64,000 bases of DNA from a bacterium (GTDB lineage Bacteria; Actinomycetota; Acidimicrobiia; Acidimicrobiales; CATQHL01): contig JAPOVS010000054.1 in the NCBI GenBank assembly GCA_026708055.1, forward strand, positions 61,697-125,696, read 5' to 3'. Under the pieces are notes generated by a model that searched no databases, had not been told where the DNA came from, and saw nothing but the letters and a program-made list of their open reading frames with translations. This document shows positions 62,668 to 64,000 of the stretch, in pieces; position 1 is the first letter of the stretch, and each line of letters starts with the position of its first letter. The position numbers and the translations under genes were made by a program.

Positions 62668-62782
62668 CGTCGCTCCCCTCGTTCGGCTCCCGCACCGCGC
62701 GACGGCTCAGGATAACGCGGGCGACCGCCGGGCCTGCCGGCCCGGCTGGCCGGACGGAGGCCGGCCCGCCGTGTCAGGGGCG

Positions 62783-62833
62783 CTGGATTCTGGCCCCGGA
62801 TCAAGTCCGGGGCTGGCTCTGCGCCGGAACGAC
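62783..62833 (+). repeat. REP/MITE-like palindromic element (long form)
   Basis: CTGGATTCTGGCCCCGGATCAAGTCCGGGGCTGGCTCTGCGCCGGAACGAC. Confidence 0.8.
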
Positions 62834-62864
62834 AGGGGCGCTCCGGTCCTCGCTCGGGGTCGGC

Positions 62865-63533
62865 TCAGGAGGCCTCGGTGCGCTCGTTGAACCCCAGCAG
62901 CACCAACGCCGGAGGGACTTGCGCCACGACCGACACCGAGGCCTGGCGCAGGTACATGCGCAGGATCCCCGAGGCCGCTGTGCCCAGCGTCCACGACACG
63001 ACGGCCTTGATGGGGTTGGCGTGCGAGCACATCAGAACCGTCTGGTTCGCCGAGGCCGCCAGGATCTCCTTGGCCGCCGCCACCGAGCGTTCGTAGACCT
63101 CGGTCAGGGACTCGCCGCCTGCGGGGGCATAGCCGGGGTCGGCCGACCAGGCGTCGAACAACTCCCCGGAGGCCACAGGCACCGGGGTTCCTTCCAGTTC
63201 GCCGTAGTCCATCTCGGCCAGGCGGTCGTCTGTGGTCGCGTCGGTTCCGAACCCGGCGAGCGCCACGGTCTCCCGGGCGCGCCGGCGCGGGCTGCTGACG
63301 ACCTTGTCGATCTTCCAGTGCCGCCGCACGTAGTCGCCCGCCTCGACCGCCTGCCGGCGCCCCACGTCGTCCAGCGGCAGATCGCTGGCACCCTGCAGCA
63401 GCCGGCGCCGGTTCAGATCGGTGCGCCCGTGGCGCAGCAGCACCAGATACGTCTCCGCCCCCCGCCCCGAAGAACTCGGCAACCCCGCGGCGGCGGCCCT
63501 CTCAGTCGATCTCGGCGACGATCCGCCGGGCAT
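62865..63533 (-). CDS. histidine phosphatase (phosphoglycerate mutase-like) family protein; start uncertain
   Basis: LVLLRHGRTDLNRRRLLQGASDLPLDDVG. The annotated start overlaps the ribF 3' end by 32 nt. Confidence 0.75.
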   Translation of the reverse strand: MPGGSSPRSTERAAAAGLPSSSGRGAETYLVLLRHGRTDLNRRRLLQGASDLPLDDVGRRQAVEAGDYVRRHWKIDKVVSSPRRRARETVALAGFGTDATTDDRLAEMDYGELEGTPVPVASGELFDAWSADPGYAPAGGESLTEVYERSVAAAKEILAASANQTVLMCSHANPIKAVVSWTLGTAASGILRMYLRQASVSVVAQVPPALVLLGFNERTEAS

Positions 63534-64000
63534 TCTCCACGTCTTTCTTCAGTTGCGCCGCCAGCGCGTCGATGCCGCTGAACCGCCGCTCGCTGCGCAG
63601 GAAGCGCAGGAACTCCACCTGCACCTCGTGGCCGTAGAGGTCGTCGTCGAAGTCCAGCAGGTGCGCCTCGAGGATCGAGTGCTCGGCGTGCTCGAAGAAG
63701 GTCGGGCGGCGCCCGATGTTGATGGCGCAGCCGTAGCGGGCGCCGTCGCTGTCACAGAAGAGCCCCGCGTAGACGCCGTCGGCGGGCCACGCCCTGTCGG
63801 TGGCCACGGGGATGTTCGCCGTGGGGAACCCGACGGTGACGCCGCGGCGGTCGCCCTCGATCACAACGCCTCTGATGGCGTACGGGCGGCCCAGCATGTG
63901 GGCCACGTCGGCCACCCTGCTGCCGGCCAGCGCCCGGCGGATGGCCGTGGAGGACACCGGCTCGGGAGCGTTGGGGAACCGGTACAGATCGACGGCCTCG
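63502..64000 (-). CDS. ribF: bifunctional riboflavin kinase/FMN adenylyltransferase, C-terminal part (5' end outside window)
   Basis: Riboflavin kinase motifs GDRRG..GFPTANI, INIGRRPTF, LEAHLLDF..DLYG. The frame is open to the window edge. Confidence 0.85.
   Translation of the reverse strand, partial: EAVDLYRFPNAPEPVSSTAIRRALAGSRVADVAHMLGRPYAIRGVVIEGDRRGVTVGFPTANIPVATDRAWPADGVYAGLFCDSDGARYGCAINIGRRPTFFEHAEHSILEAHLLDFDDDLYGHEVQVEFLRFLRSERRFSGIDALAAQLKKDVENARRIVAEID

Noticed and set aside
6233-62833. CRISPR array hypothesis for the recurring CTGGATTCCGGC..GCCGGAATGAC repeats
   Set aside because: The copies are scattered kilobases apart, in both orientations, with no regular spacers and no cas genes. 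They behave like REP/MITE elements.

Overview
Very GC-rich (by eye, not computed) actinobacterial-type chromosome segment. The lineage call rests on a DUF4193 protein, a TIGR03083/MDMPI-like protein and mostly GTG/ATG starts with GGAGG-type ribosome-binding sites. The flanks look ordinary. The 5' end carries an M20 peptidase fragment, a ThyX-like gene, DUF4193, GNAT and NUDIX genes, and a TPP-riboswitch-controlled thiamine ABC operon. The 3' half carries nitroreductases, an acyl-CoA dehydrogenase, a Rieske oxygenase, VOC/glyoxalase genes, an amidohydrolase, an O-methyltransferase, a BMP-type ABC uptake system, an acyl-CoA ligase, hyuA/hyuB, a cupin gene and ribF.

The middle (about 9.3-44.6 kb) is accessory. 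It holds a toxin-antitoxin/defence islet: a DUF4143 ATPase, ParDE, YefM-RelE/ParE, two tandem NTase-HEPN fusions and AbiEi/AbiEii.

The main result is a paralogous family of secreted modular proteins. Six genes share an N-terminal 57-62 aa tandem module that I cannot assign to a named domain (ARRLxDGRxEF..WGERxLPxRRFFP..GRWLxSS; 12 copies in total). The module is fused to different payloads:
- a 7-bladed RCC1 propeller plus a Cys-rich HExxH zincin-like C-terminal domain ending in NPFRDGGC. There are four paralogs of this propeller-plus-C-terminal-domain architecture, three of which carry the N-terminal module: one is frameshifted, one has HQxxH, and one lacks the N-terminal module.
- a CGLRxDG-repeat propeller
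- ankyrin repeats
- a TlpA/ResA-like thioredoxin fold whose CxxC nucleophile codon is an in-frame TGA (UGTC), making it a candidate selenoprotein.

Other notable signals:
- A C14 homopolymer separates a good SD+ATG from the main ORF of one family member by exactly one frame. This is either a phase-variation switch or a homopolymer error.
- The ankyrin cassette is flanked by 536-bp direct repeats.
- Tandem repeats are identical at the DNA level inside family genes.
- Twelve copies of a REP/MITE-like palindromic element (CTGGATTCCGGC..GCCGGAATGAC) are present.
- There are several gene relics.

I found no rRNA, tRNA, CRISPR array, transposase or integrase.
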